A stretch of 61,079 nt of DNA from Thermoplasmata archaeon. Its GTDB lineage: Archaea > Thermoplasmatota > Thermoplasmata > Lutacidiplasmatales > UBA184. Shown here piece after piece: positions 29,141-39,862 of this stretch (its first letter is position 1; the number at the start of each line of letters is the position of its first letter). Below the pieces are notes generated by a model. That model searched no databases. It saw only the letters and a list, made by a program, of their open reading frames with translations, and was not told the origin of the DNA. The translations under genes and the position numbers were made by a program. The DNA is taken from the NCBI GenBank assembly GCA_022750455.1, contig JAKIVR010000005.1, positions 1 to 61,079 of the forward strand, in the 5' to 3' direction.

Positions 29141-30820
29141 GTGCCGAAAGCGAGCTTGTCCGCCCCCGAGCTGTGGCGGGGTTGGGCGGATCCCCCCACT
29201 CTCGAGGGGGCCCGCGAACTGCTCGCGCACGCGAAGCTCGAGCTCCTCAGCGTGACCGGCGATCTCTGGAACGTCGAGGCGACGGCCGACCGGCTCGACA
29301 TGCTCTGTGAGAGCGGCCTTCGGGCGTACCTGGACGGGATCGCCGGACACCACCACGGGCCGATCCCGATGCACGAGGCCGGCGTACCGTTCGGCACCAT
29401 CGAGGTCGACGCCAACGTCACGCCGCTCCGACCGTACATCGCGGCGTTGACCGTCGCCCCGCCGTCCGGCTCCCGCGGCATCGACGAGGGATTGTTGGAC
29501 GAGGTGATCCGGTTCCAGGAGCTGCTTCACGCTACCATCGGGTTCGGACGGCGCACGGCGAGCCTCGGAGTCTATCCGGCCCAGCGGATCCACGCCCCGT
29601 TGCACTACCGACTCGTTTCGGCCTCGTCGATCCACTTCACCCCACTGGACCGCGAGACCCCCGAGTCCGCCGCCGCGTTCTACGGGAGCCATCCGATGGC
29701 GCTGCAGTACGGGGCGTTTGGACGCTCGGGGGATTCGTGCCTCGTACTGCAGGACCACGCCGGCACCGTGCTGAGCCTGCCTCCTGTTCTCAACAGCCGG
29801 GAGGCCGGGCGGGTCGTCGAGGGGGATGGCGTTCTGCTGGTCGAGGGAACCGGGACCCGGGCGGCCCGGGTCGAAGAGGCGCTGGGACTTCTCGCGCTGC
29901 CGTTCGTCGCCCACGGGTACACCGTCACTCCGCTCGCGGTCCGGTACCCGACCGACGTGACGGACGATCCGCGCCCGCTCGCCCCACGGACCCTCCCGTT
30001 GAGCGCGTCGATGGTCTCCGCTGTGCTCGGAGCCGAAGTGACGTCGTCCGAGATCGAAGGGGCGTTCGCCCGATGCCGCCTCCACGCCGAGCGCCGGGGC
30101 GAGGGGCATTGGGTCGTGCACGTTCCGCCGTGGCGTCCCGATCTCCTCGGCCCCATCGATCTCGTGGAAGAGGTGCTGCTCTTGCACGACCTACAGTCCG
30201 ATCGGTCTCTGCTTCCACCCTCGGCGACGCGCGGCGGTCGACACCCCTCCCGACGGCTCGAGCGCCGGGTCGGCGCCGAGCTTCTCGGCTTGGGGTTCGT
30301 CCCGCTCTGTAACCCGGTGCTCGTCGCGGAGGAGACTGTCGCGATGCTCGGCCGCACCGGGGCGATCGCTCTTTCGAACCCCGTCTCCCGGGAGTACGCA
30401 CGGACGCGGGACGCGTTGCTGATCTCGCTGGCGGCCTCTCTCGGACGGAACGTCCGTCATCCGTACCCCCAGAGGCTCGGCGAGGTCGGTCCGGTGATCG
30501 CCCGGCCCCGGGACGGTGGGGCCCCGATGACCCGCCAGCACGCCGCGTTCGCCATCGCGCGGGATGGCACGGGATTTGCCGAGGCCGCCGCGATCGTCGA
30601 CGGGATCCTTCGAACGTTCTCGGTGGTCGGCGTTCGCGAGCCGATCGTCCTCCCGGGAACCGTGCCGGGCCGGGCGGCCCGCTTGCGGGTCGCGGGGGAA
30701 GTGATCGCCGAGCTCGGGGAGCTCGATCCCGCCGTGCTCGAGACGCTGCGCGTTCCGGTCCCCGTGGTGTGGGGCGAGATCGACCTCACCGCCCTGTTTC
30801 CCCTCGTGCGCGCGGAATAG
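29141..30820 (+). CDS. pheT: Phenylalanyl-tRNA synthetase beta subunit
   Basis: Follows phe[41 protein letters not shown] and NPVSREY. Confidence 0.9.
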   Translation: MPKASLSAPELWRGWADPPTLEGARELLAHAKLELLSVTGDLWNVEATADRLDMLCESGLRAYLDGIAGHHHGPIPMHEAGVPFGTIEVDANVTPLRPYIAALTVAPPSGSRGIDEGLLDEVIRFQELLHATIGFGRRTASLGVYPAQRIHAPLHYRLVSASSIHFTPLDRETPESAAAFYGSHPMALQYGAFGRSGDSCLVLQDHAGTVLSLPPVLNSREAGRVVEGDGVLLVEGTGTRAARVEEALGLLALPFVAHGYTVTPLAVRYPTDVTDDPRPLAPRTLPLSASMVSAVLGAEVTSSEIEGAFARCRLHAERRGEGHWVVHVPPWRPDLLGPIDLVEEVLLLHDLQSDRSLLPPSATRGGRHPSRRLERRVGAELLGLGFVPLCNPVLVAEETVAMLGRTGAIALSNPVSREYARTRDALLISLAASLGRNVRHPYPQRLGEVGPVIARPRDGGAPMTRQHAAFAIARDGTGFAEAAAIVDGILRTFSVVGVREPIVLPGTVPGRAARLRVAGEVIAELGELDPAVLETLRVPVPVVWGEIDLTALFPLVRAE

Positions 30821-30848
30821 CCATATACCGCACCCCGCTCGGCGGCCG

Positions 30849-32516
30849 ATGGTGACGCGTCGGGCGACGACCGCCTCGACCTCCCGCCGAAGATCCGGGG
30901 CACCGCATGCGGCCGCCCCGGCCGAATCGGCCGCGGCCGTTCTCGCCGGTCCGGACGGGGAACCGTACTCCACGAGCCGCTCCCGACTCGGATTCCCGGG
31001 AGAGGCGCCGTTCACCCGCGGGATCCAGCCGACGATGTACCGCGGCCGGTTCTGGACATTCCGGCAGTACGCGGGATTCGGCACCGCGGCCGCGACGAAC
31101 CGCCGGTACCGGTATCTCCTGGCCCACGGCCAGACCGGTCTCTCCGTGGCGTTCGACCTGCCGACCCAGATCGGGTTCGATTCGGATCACACGAAGTCGA
31201 AGGGAGAGGTCGGTCGATGCGGCGTGGCGATCGCGGACCTTGGGGACATGGAGACCTTGTTCCGGACGATCCCGCTCGACAAGGTCACCGTCTCCATGAC
31301 GATCAACGCCACCGCGCCGATCCTCACCGCCCTCCTCGTCGCCGTGGCCGAAGGGACGGGCGTCCCCCGGGCGAAGGTCGGGGGCACCGTCCAGAACGAC
31401 ATCCTGAAGGAGTACATCGCCCGGGGCACGTACATCTATCCACCCGCCCCGTCGATGCGGCTGACCGTCGATCTGATCGAGTTCGCCACGCGCGAGATGC
31501 CCCAGTGGAACTACCTCTCCGTCTCGGGGTACCACATGCGGGAGGCCGGCGCGACCGCACCCCAGGAGGTCGCATTCACGATCGCGAACGCCATCGCCTA
31601 TGTCCGGGCCGTGACCGAGCGCGGCCTCGACGTCGACGAGTTCCTGCCTCGACTCTCCTTCTTCTTCTCCTCGGACCGGGATTTCCTCGAAGAGATCGCG
31701 AAGTTCCGGGCCGCCCGGCGGCTCTGGGGCACGGTCGCCGGCGAGGTGCTCGGGGCCCGGTCCGCGCGCTCGCGCTCGTTGCGGTTCCACACCCAGACAG
31801 CGGGCTCGTCGTTGACGGCCCAGCAGCCCGAGCTGAACGTCGTTCGGACGACCCTCGAAGCCCTCGCCGCCGTCCTGGGCGGCACCCAATCCCTTCACAC
31901 GAACGCCCTCGACGAAGCCTTGGGGCTTCCCACGAACGACTCGGCGCGTCTCGCCCTCCGCACCCAGCAGCTGTTGGCGGAGGAGTCGGGGGTCGCCTCG
32001 ACGGTCGATCCGCTCGGCGGCGCCTGGGCGATCGAAGCGATGACCGACCAGATCGAGACCGAGGCCCAACAGTACCTCGACCGGATCGAGGCGATGGGCG
32101 GGGCGTTGGTCGCCGTCGAGAAGGGATTCCAGCAGTCCGAGATCGCCCGGGAGGCGTACCGCGTCGCGCGGGCGCGCGAGGCGAAGGAGGAGATCGTCGT
32201 CGGCGTGAACGCGTTCCCCGAGGGAAACGCCGATTTCTCCCTCATGCCCACCCGGGGACAACCCGGAGGGACCGCCGCGCAGCGGATCACTCCCGAGGAG
32301 GAGGCGGCCCAGGTGCGCCGCGTCGCGCGGTGGCGGGCCCAGCGCGACGCCTCCCGGGTCACTAGCGCCTTGGACGAGCTCTCGCGAGCGACGGAGAAGG
32401 GCGAGAACGTCATGCCGCACGTGCTCACCGCGCTGCGGGCCCGTGCGACCCTGGGGGAGATCGCCGATGTCTGGCGTGCCCAGTTCGGGGAACACCGACC
32501 GTTGCGAGCCTTCTGA
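30849..32516 (+). CDS. mcmA: Methylmalonyl-CoA mutase, catalytic (large) subunit of the split archaeal type
   Basis: [44 protein letters not shown] and [11 protein letters not shown]. No B12-binding domain. Confidence 0.93.
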   Translation: MVTRRATTASTSRRRSGAPHAAAPAESAAAVLAGPDGEPYSTSRSRLGFPGEAPFTRGIQPTMYRGRFWTFRQYAGFGTAAATNRRYRYLLAHGQTGLSVAFDLPTQIGFDSDHTKSKGEVGRCGVAIADLGDMETLFRTIPLDKVTVSMTINATAPILTALLVAVAEGTGVPRAKVGGTVQNDILKEYIARGTYIYPPAPSMRLTVDLIEFATREMPQWNYLSVSGYHMREAGATAPQEVAFTIANAIAYVRAVTERGLDVDEFLPRLSFFFSSDRDFLEEIAKFRAARRLWGTVAGEVLGARSARSRSLRFHTQTAGSSLTAQQPELNVVRTTLEALAAVLGGTQSLHTNALDEALGLPTNDSARLALRTQQLLAEESGVASTVDPLGGAWAIEAMTDQIETEAQQYLDRIEAMGGALVAVEKGFQQSEIAREAYRVARAREAKEEIVVGVNAFPEGNADFSLMPTRGQPGGTAAQRITPEEEAAQVRRVARWRAQRDASRVTSALDELSRATEKGENVMPHVLTALRARATLGEIADVWRAQFGEHRPLRAF

Positions 32517-32534
32517 GGAGACCGGTAACCAACC

Positions 32535-32930
32535 ATGCAGGCCGATCACATAGGAATCGCCGTCCGCTCGATCGCGACGACCCTCCCCCACTGGGAACGG
32601 ACCCTCGGGGTCGTCGGAAGCCCTCCCGAGGAGGTACCCACGCAGAAGGTCCGCGTCGCCTTCCTCGCCGCCGGGGATACCCACATCGAGTTCCTGGAAC
32701 CGATGACTCCGGACTCCGCCGTGGGGAAGTTCCTCGACGCCCGGGGCGAAGGGATGCACCACCTCGCGTTCGCTGTCCCCAACGTCGACCTGAAGCTCGC
32801 CGAGCTCGCCAAGGAAGGCGCGCGACTGATCGACAAGGTCTCCCGACCGGGGGCCCGGGGTCGACGGGTCGGCTTCGTCCATCCGTCCGCCATGGACGGG
32901 GTGCTCGTGGAGTTCGTCCAGACGCCATGA
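32535..32930 (+). CDS. mce: Methylmalonyl-CoA epimerase
   Basis: DHIGIAV, IEFLEP, GEGMHHLAF and FVHP...GVLVEF. Adjacent to the mutase. Confidence 0.93.
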   Translation: MQADHIGIAVRSIATTLPHWERTLGVVGSPPEEVPTQKVRVAFLAAGDTHIEFLEPMTPDSAVGKFLDARGEGMHHLAFAVPNVDLKLAELAKEGARLIDKVSRPGARGRRVGFVHPSAMDGVLVEFVQTP

Positions 32931-34138
32931 CCGAGGTCCGCGAGGTCTCGCTCCGGCCGATCTACGATAGCCGCGGCGCCCTGACGGTCGAGGCGGCGGT
33001 GACGACCGCCGGCGCAGCCCTCGGATGCGCCGGGGCCCCGAGCGGCGCCAGCACCGGGACCCACGAGGTCCGGGCGTGGCCGGAGGGAGGCGTCCCGGCA
33101 GCTCTGCAGACGTTCCGTGAGAGCGTTCGCCCCCGTCTCCTGGGACGGGAGGTCGAGGACGCCACCGGATGGGACGAGGCGCTCCATGCGATCGATGGCA
33201 CGCCGAACTTCGCTCACCTGGGAGGGAACGTCGCCACGGCGCTGTCGGTCGCCGCGGCCCTCGCCCGGGCGAAGGAGCGGGGCGTCGAGCCGTGGTCTTT
33301 GTGGGCGAGGCCGGGCGTCGACGGACGGCGATTCCCCGCCATCGTGGGCAACTGCATGAACGGCGGCCGGCATGCGATCGGGGGCCCGGAGTTCCAGGAG
33401 TTCCACGCCATCTCCCTCGCGGAACGCCCCGAGGACTCCGTACGGGCGGCGGTCGCCGTCCATCACGCGATCGGGAAGGCGCTCCAGGGGAAGTTCCCGA
33501 CCTTGGCGCTCGGCCGCGGTGATGAAGGCGGCTGGGTCGCACCGATCACCAACCTCGAGGGTCTCGAGATCCTCAGCGCGGCGTGCGCGCAGGTGCGCGA
33601 CTCGCTCCATCTCCCGGTCCAACCGGGCCTCGACCTCGCGGCGAGCGAGTTCTTCCGGGACGGCCGGTACCGGTACCGGGACCGGTCGCTCGACGCGGCC
33701 GGACAGGTCGCCTACCTCACCGAACTCGTAGACCGGTTCGGTCTCGTCTACCTGGAGGACCCGTTCGCCGAGGAGGAGTTCGCCTCGTTCGCCGAGTTCA
33801 CCCAGGCCGTGGGGTCCAAGACCGTCGTAGTCGGGGACGACCTGTACACCACCGACCCGATCCGCCTCGCCCGGGGTCTCACCGAACGGGCGTCCAATGC
33901 GATCCTGATCAAGGTGAATCAGATCGGGACGATCTCCGATGCCCTGGCGACGGTCGACGCGGCCCGGGCCGCCGGGTGGAAGACGGTGACCTCGCACCGG
34001 TCCGGGGACCTGCCCGATGGATGGCTCGCGCAGCTCGCCGTCGCGACGGGGGCGTACGGCTTGAAATGCGGAATTCTCGGCGGCGAGCGGGTGGCAAAGC
34101 TAAATGAACTCCTGCGGCTCGGCGCCCTGCCCACTTGA
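32927..34138 (+). CDS. eno: Enolase
   Basis: DSRG..TVE, PSGASTG, GDEGG, EDPF, VGDDL, KVNQIGT and SHRSG. Confidence 0.93.
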   Translation: MTEVREVSLRPIYDSRGALTVEAAVTTAGAALGCAGAPSGASTGTHEVRAWPEGGVPAALQTFRESVRPRLLGREVEDATGWDEALHAIDGTPNFAHLGGNVATALSVAAALARAKERGVEPWSLWARPGVDGRRFPAIVGNCMNGGRHAIGGPEFQEFHAISLAERPEDSVRAAVAVHHAIGKALQGKFPTLALGRGDEGGWVAPITNLEGLEILSAACAQVRDSLHLPVQPGLDLAASEFFRDGRYRYRDRSLDAAGQVAYLTELVDRFGLVYLEDPFAEEEFASFAEFTQAVGSKTVVVGDDLYTTDPIRLARGLTERASNAILIKVNQIGTISDALATVDAARAAGWKTVTSHRSGDLPDGWLAQLAVATGAYGLKCGILGGERVAKLNELLRLGALPT

Positions 34139-34800
34139 CCGCGATGACGCTCGATGAGATGACGGAACCACCCGCCGTGCGGGACTCCGAGAGCCAGGAC
34201 ATCCAGTCCGGCACGTTGCTCCTCCCCGAGGAGACGTACCTCACCAGTGGCATTCACATCGGCACGCAACAGAAGTCGGCGAGCATGCGCCGCTTCGTGT
34301 ACAAGGTCCGGTACGACGGGCTGTACGTTCTCGACATCAAGCAGACCGACCAGCGCATCCGGAACGCGGCCGCCTTCCTGGCCAAGATCCCCGCCGAGAA
34401 GATCCTCTGCGTCTCCGCCCGTCAGTACGGGCAGAAGCCGGTGCGGATCTTCGCGCAGACGATCGGCGCTGTCTCCTTCTCCGACCGGTTCGTCCCGGGC
34501 TGCCTCACCAACCCGAACCTGACCGAGTTCATCGAACCGAAGGTCCTCGTCGTCACCGACCCCGCCACGGACCAGCAGGCGCTCAGCGAGGCCGTCGCGG
34601 TCGGCATCCCCGTCGTGGGGATCTGCGACGTGAACAACGAGACCCGGAACGTCGATCTGGTGATCCCGGCGAACAACAAGGGCCGGGTCGCGCTCGCGAC
34701 GATCTACTGGCTGCTCGCCCGCGAGACGCTGAAATCGAGGGCCGGGGGAGCGGACGTGCCGTTCACCATGACCGTCGAAGATTTCCAGGCCGCGCTCTAA
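34135..34800 (+). CDS. rps2: 30S ribosomal protein uS2
   Basis: YLTSGIHIGTQQK, RFVPGCLTNP and PANNKGR. Start may be ATG 34144. Confidence 0.95.
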   Translation: MTAMTLDEMTEPPAVRDSESQDIQSGTLLLPEETYLTSGIHIGTQQKSASMRRFVYKVRYDGLYVLDIKQTDQRIRNAAAFLAKIPAEKILCVSARQYGQKPVRIFAQTIGAVSFSDRFVPGCLTNPNLTEFIEPKVLVVTDPATDQQALSEAVAVGIPVVGICDVNNETRNVDLVIPANNKGRVALATIYWLLARETLKSRAGGADVPFTMTVEDFQAAL

Positions 34801-34863
34801 CGCGGGAGCGTCGGTCCCGTCGTGGACCGGGACGTTTAATCCTATTGCACCGTCGTACCGATC

Positions 34864-36135
34864 GTGGCACCGAATCGCGTCGGGCTGCTCCGTCTTCTCG
34901 CCGAGCACAACGTCCCGGAAGCGGCCGCCCGGATGTACATCGTCGCGAGTCGCAGCGGTCCGATGACCGCGAGCGAGCTCTCCCGCGCCACCGCGATCCA
35001 CCGCGTCCACGGCTATCGATTCCTGAAGGACCTCGTGCAACGCGGGCTGCTGCGACCGGTCGGCACCCGACCGATGCGCTTCGCCGCCCTCCCGGTCGAA
35101 GAGCTCGTCGATCGGTGGATCGGCGACGCCTCCCGCCGCCTCGACGGGCTGCGCCGGGACCGCGATCAGATCCTGCACGAGTGGAAGGAGTCGGGCGCCA
35201 GCCCCGAAGAGGTCGGCGGTCGCCACTTTGTCGTCATCGAAGGGCGGGGTCCGATCAACCGCTTCATTGAGCGCCGGTGGGGCGCGGCGCGCCGGAGCAT
35301 CGAGATCACGGCCCGGGCCTCCTCGCTCGGACGGATCATCGATGGCGGGATGGACCGGACCTTGCGCGCCGCCACCAAGCGCGGGGTTCGGAGCCGCATG
35401 ATCACCGAGGTGACGCCCTCGAACCTCTCCGAAGCGAAGATCCTCGCCTCCGGGGTGGAGCTCCGGCACTCCCCCCGCCACGTCTCCAGCCGTACGTCCG
35501 TGATCGACAACGCCGGCGTCGCGCTGTTCGTCACGGGGGAGGAGGGGCTCGGCTCTTCGGACGACGAGCAGGTGCTGCTCTGGACGACGGAGCCCCGGTT
35601 CCTGACGTTGACGCGGCAGTACCACCGCCGGCTCTGGACCCGGGGCATCCCCATGCACGAGCGGGTCGCGGAGGTGGAGAGCCCCTCCCGGGCGTTGCTC
35701 CCGGTCGTCCGCGGGCACGCGAGCGAGCCGTTCCGGCGGCTGGCGTCCCTCACCGAGCTCGGCATGACCGCGACGGGGGTCCGGGAGATGCAGCTCGACC
35801 TCACGACGTTCATCGAGGGGGTCGCCGGCCAGGTCGGCCGTCAGGTCGCTCAATCGATCGAGGGCAGCACCCCCGATGAGATCATCGCGGGGTTGGAAGG
35901 GTTCTACGCGCAGCATGCGACGGCGCGGATGGACGAGGCGAGATCGCACCCTCGGACGCTGCGCGTGCGGAACTGCTTCGCGTGCGTGCAGTCGCCCGAG
36001 GTCGGTCGCCTCTTCTGCCCGAAGATGCTCCAGACCGTGCTCGAGACCCGGAGCAACGGCCTGTGGGAGGTCTCCAAGCCTGACCCGACGCGGCATGCCA
36101 AGAAGGGATGCCTCTTCTCGCTCCGCGCCGCGTGA
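34864..36135 (+). CDS. TrmB-family transcriptional regulator with C-terminal V4R-like Cys domain
   Basis: N-terminal wHTH (GPMTASELSR...L.DLVQRGL...RPMRFAALP), central effector domain, and C-terminal NCFAC...FC...GCLF. TTTAAT box upstream. Confidence 0.8.
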   Translation: MAPNRVGLLRLLAEHNVPEAAARMYIVASRSGPMTASELSRATAIHRVHGYRFLKDLVQRGLLRPVGTRPMRFAALPVEELVDRWIGDASRRLDGLRRDRDQILHEWKESGASPEEVGGRHFVVIEGRGPINRFIERRWGAARRSIEITARASSLGRIIDGGMDRTLRAATKRGVRSRMITEVTPSNLSEAKILASGVELRHSPRHVSSRTSVIDNAGVALFVTGEEGLGSSDDEQVLLWTTEPRFLTLTRQYHRRLWTRGIPMHERVAEVESPSRALLPVVRGHASEPFRRLASLTELGMTATGVREMQLDLTTFIEGVAGQVGRQVAQSIEGSTPDEIIAGLEGFYAQHATARMDEARSHPRTLRVRNCFACVQSPEVGRLFCPKMLQTVLETRSNGLWEVSKPDPTRHAKKGCLFSLRAA

Positions 36136-36240
36136 GCGGCGGGCGGGCTCCCGGGATCGACCCGGGGGGGTCGGAGGCGCGAGATCCGAGCCCCCCTTGG
36201 AGCCTCTCCTCGACCGTGCTAGGTGCTATCATTGTGTATC

Positions 36241-36285
36241 TCGTGTAGCTACAACATATACACGATTCGTCCATATCTATTTATA
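36241..36285 (+). promoter_or_regulatory. tfb promoter with inverted-repeat operator
   Basis: TCGTGTA-N11-TACACGA (36241-36265) overlapping the palindrome TGTAGCTACA (36244-36253). TTTATA at 36280-36285. Confidence 0.65.
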
Positions 36286-36320
36286 CGCTGACTGCGGTTG
36301 GCGGGCCGAGGTTTGAGTTC

Positions 36321-37373
36321 ATGAGGGCAACGGCATCGAGGTCGCAGCAAGTGCCACCGTCCGCCGCCGGACCGAATGCGAACGCCTGTCCGGAGTGCAG
36401 CTCCACGCACCTGACCCGGGACGACGTCCGCGGGGAGATCGTCTGCTCGGACTGCGGGTTCGTCGTCGACGCGAGCGCCCTCGTCTCCGACCGCGGCCAG
36501 CGCGGGTCGAAGGAGGACACGGGTCGCGAGGCGCGCGGCTGGGGCCCGGTCATTTCACCCCTCATGCCGGACAAGGGCCTGTTCAGTGAGATCGGGGTCC
36601 CGACCCGGGACTTCCAGGGGAACTCCCTGAGCCGGAACACGTCCCTGAAGTTCTACCACCTGCGCAAGCTCAACCACCGGCTGCGCGCCGCCCGCACCCA
36701 CCAGCGGAACCTCGTCGTGGCGCTCGGGGAGCTGAACCGACTCGCCGGCGTCCTCGGCCTCTCGCGCGAGGTCAAGGAGTCCGCGACCTACATCTATCGA
36801 CGCGCGCTCGAGCACAAGGCGACCCGCGGCAAGAAGATCGTGGCGCTCGTCGCCGCGAGCGTCTACGCGGCGTGCCGCCAGTGCCACGTCCCGCGCACCA
36901 TGAAGGAGATCATCGCGCACTCCAAGGCGACGAAGATCGAGGTCGGACGGGCGTACACCCTGCTCGCCCGGGAGCTCAAGCTCGGTCTGAAGCCCGTCGA
37001 GCCGCGCGACTACCTCGTCCGGTTCACCCAGGACCTGAACCTCTCGAAGGAGGTCCGGGCGAAGGTGCTCGAACTGCTGGAGCAGGTGGAGCAGGTCTAC
37101 TCCACCAGCGGCGTGCTCCCGAACGGGATCTTGGCGACGATCATCTACATCGCGTCGAACCTGATGGGAGAGCCGCGCAGCCAGGACCGCATCGCCGCCG
37201 TCGCGAACGTGACGCCGGTGACGATCCGGAACCACTACAAGGAGCTGCTCGAGCTGCTGGGGCTGCCGAAGAACCTCGCCAACCCGCAGCTCCGGACCCC
37301 GCTCCCGACGGGCGCGGGGGCCCGGCACGGCTCGACGAAGGCCGACGAGCCCGAGCTGATGGTCGACGCGTAG
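36321..37373 (+). CDS. tfb: Transcription initiation factor B (divergent paralog)
   Basis: Zn ribbon CPEC...GEIVCSDCG, cyclin folds AASVYAACR...PRT and SQDRIAAVANVTPVTIRNHYKEL. Confidence 0.93.
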   Translation: MRATASRSQQVPPSAAGPNANACPECSSTHLTRDDVRGEIVCSDCGFVVDASALVSDRGQRGSKEDTGREARGWGPVISPLMPDKGLFSEIGVPTRDFQGNSLSRNTSLKFYHLRKLNHRLRAARTHQRNLVVALGELNRLAGVLGLSREVKESATYIYRRALEHKATRGKKIVALVAASVYAACRQCHVPRTMKEIIAHSKATKIEVGRAYTLLARELKLGLKPVEPRDYLVRFTQDLNLSKEVRAKVLELLEQVEQVYSTSGVLPNGILATIIYIASNLMGEPRSQDRIAAVANVTPVTIRNHYKELLELLGLPKNLANPQLRTPLPTGAGARHGSTKADEPELMVDA

Positions 37374-37449
37374 GCCTCGCCCCGCAGCGCCCCGGTGGGG
37401 CACGGCCGCATGCCGTTAACTCTCCCGGGGGTTCGTCTCTCCGATCCTT

Positions 37450-38673
37450 GTGCCCGCGACCGCTCCTCTCAGCTACTCCTCGCTCCGGACGTACTCCGAA
37501 TGTCCCCAGCGGTGGAAGTTCCTCTACGTCGACAAGCTGCCGGAGACCCCTCGGGGCTACTTCGCGTTCGGACGGACGATCCACTCCGTTCTTGAGACGG
37601 TCGTGCGACCGTACATCGTCCCGCAGGCCCGTAAGACGCCGACCGGCCGACAGCGGATCCTCGAGGATTTCTCCGCGCGGTCCTCCGGGCCCCCGGACCC
37701 GTCCGCCCCTACGGTGCCGCTCGACATGGACGGGGTGCGCGCGCTGTTGGACAAGCTGTGGAGCTCGGAAGGGTACACCTCGGCGGAGGAGGAGGCCAAG
37801 TACCGGACCCTTGGCGTGGAGATCCTCGAGCAGTACTTCGAGGAGTTCTCCGCCCATCCCCCCACCCCGATCGCCGTCGAGGAGCATCTCGAAGCGACGT
37901 GGGACGGCTTGCCCGTCCACGGGTACATCGATCGGATCGACCTGCGCCCCGACGGCGGGCTCGACGTGATCGATTACAAGACCGGCCGCGGGCTCACGCA
38001 GCAGGACGCGGCCGAGTCGGACCAGCTCTCCTTGTACCAGGTCTTGGTCGAGAACAACTTCGAGCGGCCGGTCACTTCCCTCTCCCTCATCGACCTCCGG
38101 GGCGGCCATCGACTGAGCGTCCCCCGCCGCGAGGCGAAACAGCTCGAGCCGCTGCAACGAAAGGCCCAGACGGTGGTCGACGGGATCCGCGCGGAGGCGT
38201 TCGAGCCGACGCCGGGGCGCTACTGCCAGCGGTGCGACTTCCGGCCGATCTGTCCGGTGTTCCGGGAGCTCGCCGGCGCCGACCGGGAGCGGCTCGCGCT
38301 CTTGGTCGACCAGTTCCAGAACCTACGGATCGAAGCCGACCGCCTCGACGGAGAGCTGCGCCGGGTCGCCGAGCAGCTCCACCAGGAGGCCGAGCGGCTC
38401 GACGTGCGACAGCTGGCCGGGACCGGACGGCGCCTCGTGCGCCACCGCGAGGAGACGTGGACGTTCCATCCCGCGTCGGTCCGGCCGCTGTTGGAGGCCC
38501 ACCGGCTGACCGAGCGGACGACCTCCTTGGATGAGGGAGCGATCCGGGGGCTGCTCTCCGATCCGACGTTGGACCCGGAGCTGCGGCGCACGCTCGAGCG
38601 GGCGGGGAGCCGCAGCGTGCGGTGGTACTGGGAGTTCGACTCCTCTGCCGAACCGACGCCCCGTAAGGGCTAA
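37450..38673 (+). CDS. RecB/AddB-family PD-(D/E)XK nuclease with 4-Cys cluster and helical C-terminal extension
   Basis: LSYSSLRTYSECP, GRTIH, GYIDRID, IDYKTG, QLSLY and CQRCDFRPICP. Confidence 0.9.
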   Translation: MPATAPLSYSSLRTYSECPQRWKFLYVDKLPETPRGYFAFGRTIHSVLETVVRPYIVPQARKTPTGRQRILEDFSARSSGPPDPSAPTVPLDMDGVRALLDKLWSSEGYTSAEEEAKYRTLGVEILEQYFEEFSAHPPTPIAVEEHLEATWDGLPVHGYIDRIDLRPDGGLDVIDYKTGRGLTQQDAAESDQLSLYQVLVENNFERPVTSLSLIDLRGGHRLSVPRREAKQLEPLQRKAQTVVDGIRAEAFEPTPGRYCQRCDFRPICPVFRELAGADRERLALLVDQFQNLRIEADRLDGELRRVAEQLHQEAERLDVRQLAGTGRRLVRHREETWTFHPASVRPLLEAHRLTERTTSLDEGAIRGLLSDPTLDPELRRTLERAGSRSVRWYWEFDSSAEPTPRKG

Positions 38674-38697
38674 GGGGGCTTCCGTTTCCTACTGGTA

Positions 38698-39765
38698 ATG
38701 GGGACACGGCCGAGCTCCCGGGCGCTCATCGACGCGCTCCGTCATCGCCCGGTCACGGTGGCGACGCTCTGTTCTCACTCCTCGCTCCAGATCTTTCACG
38801 GGGCGCGCATGGAGCGCCTCTCGACCCTCGGGATCGCCGTCGGCAAGCCCCCTCGCTACTACGAAGCGTTCCCGCTCGCGCGCCCCGACTCGTATCTCAC
38901 CGTGCCCAAGGCGACCGAGGTCGGAAAGTACGCGAAGCAGCTGAACGCGCTCGGCTCGGTGATCGTCCCGCACGGTTCGTTCGTAGAGTACATGGGCGCC
39001 GACCGCTTCCAGGCACTCCAGGTCCCGGTCTTCGGGAACCGAGCGGTGCTTGGGTGGGAATCGGACCGGAGGAAGGAGCGCGCCTGGCTCGACTCCGCCG
39101 GCGTTTCGATGCCGCGCCGGTACGAGACGATCGACGACATCGACGGCCCGGCGATCGTGAAGTACTACGGGGCGAAGGGCGGGAAGGGATTCGTCCTCGC
39201 CAAGAACCGATCTGACCTGAAGGATTTCAAGCCGTCCGGGCCGTACGTGATCCAGGAGTACGTTCTCGGCACGCGGTACTACCTTCACTTCTTCTACTCG
39301 CCCCTGTCCCGCGACGGGTATCGCGTAGGCCCCGGTTCGCTCGAGCTCCTCGGGATGGACCGGCGCGACGAGGCGAACATCGACGAGCTGTACAAGCTCG
39401 GCTCCCAGGAGGAGCTGACCCGCGCCGGGATGCGCCCGACGTTCGTCGTCACGGGGAATGTGCCGGTGGTCGCGCGGGAGTCGCTGCTCCCGAAGCTGTT
39501 CGATGTCGGGGCGCGGATCATCGAACGCTCGATCGAACTGTTCGGGGGCATGACCGGGCCGTTCTGCGTCGAGGGGATCGTCACGGAGGAGCTCGAGTTC
39601 AAGGTCTTCGAGATCTCCGCACGGATCGTCGCCGGGACGAACCTGTTCCCGAACGGCTCGAGCTACTCCGACCTCGTCGCTCCGCAGCTCTCGATGGGCC
39701 GGCGGATCGCCCAGGAGATCCTCCGGGCGCAGAGCGAGGACCGCCTGGACGCCGTCATCAGCTGA
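38698..39765 (+). CDS. purP: PurP-family ATP-grasp FAICAR synthetase
   Basis: ATLCSHSSLQI, VPHGSFVEY, AKGGKG and FEISARIVAGTN. Confidence 0.92.
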   Translation: MGTRPSSRALIDALRHRPVTVATLCSHSSLQIFHGARMERLSTLGIAVGKPPRYYEAFPLARPDSYLTVPKATEVGKYAKQLNALGSVIVPHGSFVEYMGADRFQALQVPVFGNRAVLGWESDRRKERAWLDSAGVSMPRRYETIDDIDGPAIVKYYGAKGGKGFVLAKNRSDLKDFKPSGPYVIQEYVLGTRYYLHFFYSPLSRDGYRVGPGSLELLGMDRRDEANIDELYKLGSQEELTRAGMRPTFVVTGNVPVVARESLLPKLFDVGARIIERSIELFGGMTGPFCVEGIVTEELEFKVFEISARIVAGTNLFPNGSSYSDLVAPQLSMGRRIAQEILRAQSEDRLDAVIS

Positions 39766-39862
39766 CGCCTCCCCGCCGGAAGGGGCACTCGCTAAATGGA
39801 CCTCCCAAATCGGGCCGAGGCCGCGACGACGGGTCCCCCCCGAGGTCAGGCGGAGAGGTTCG

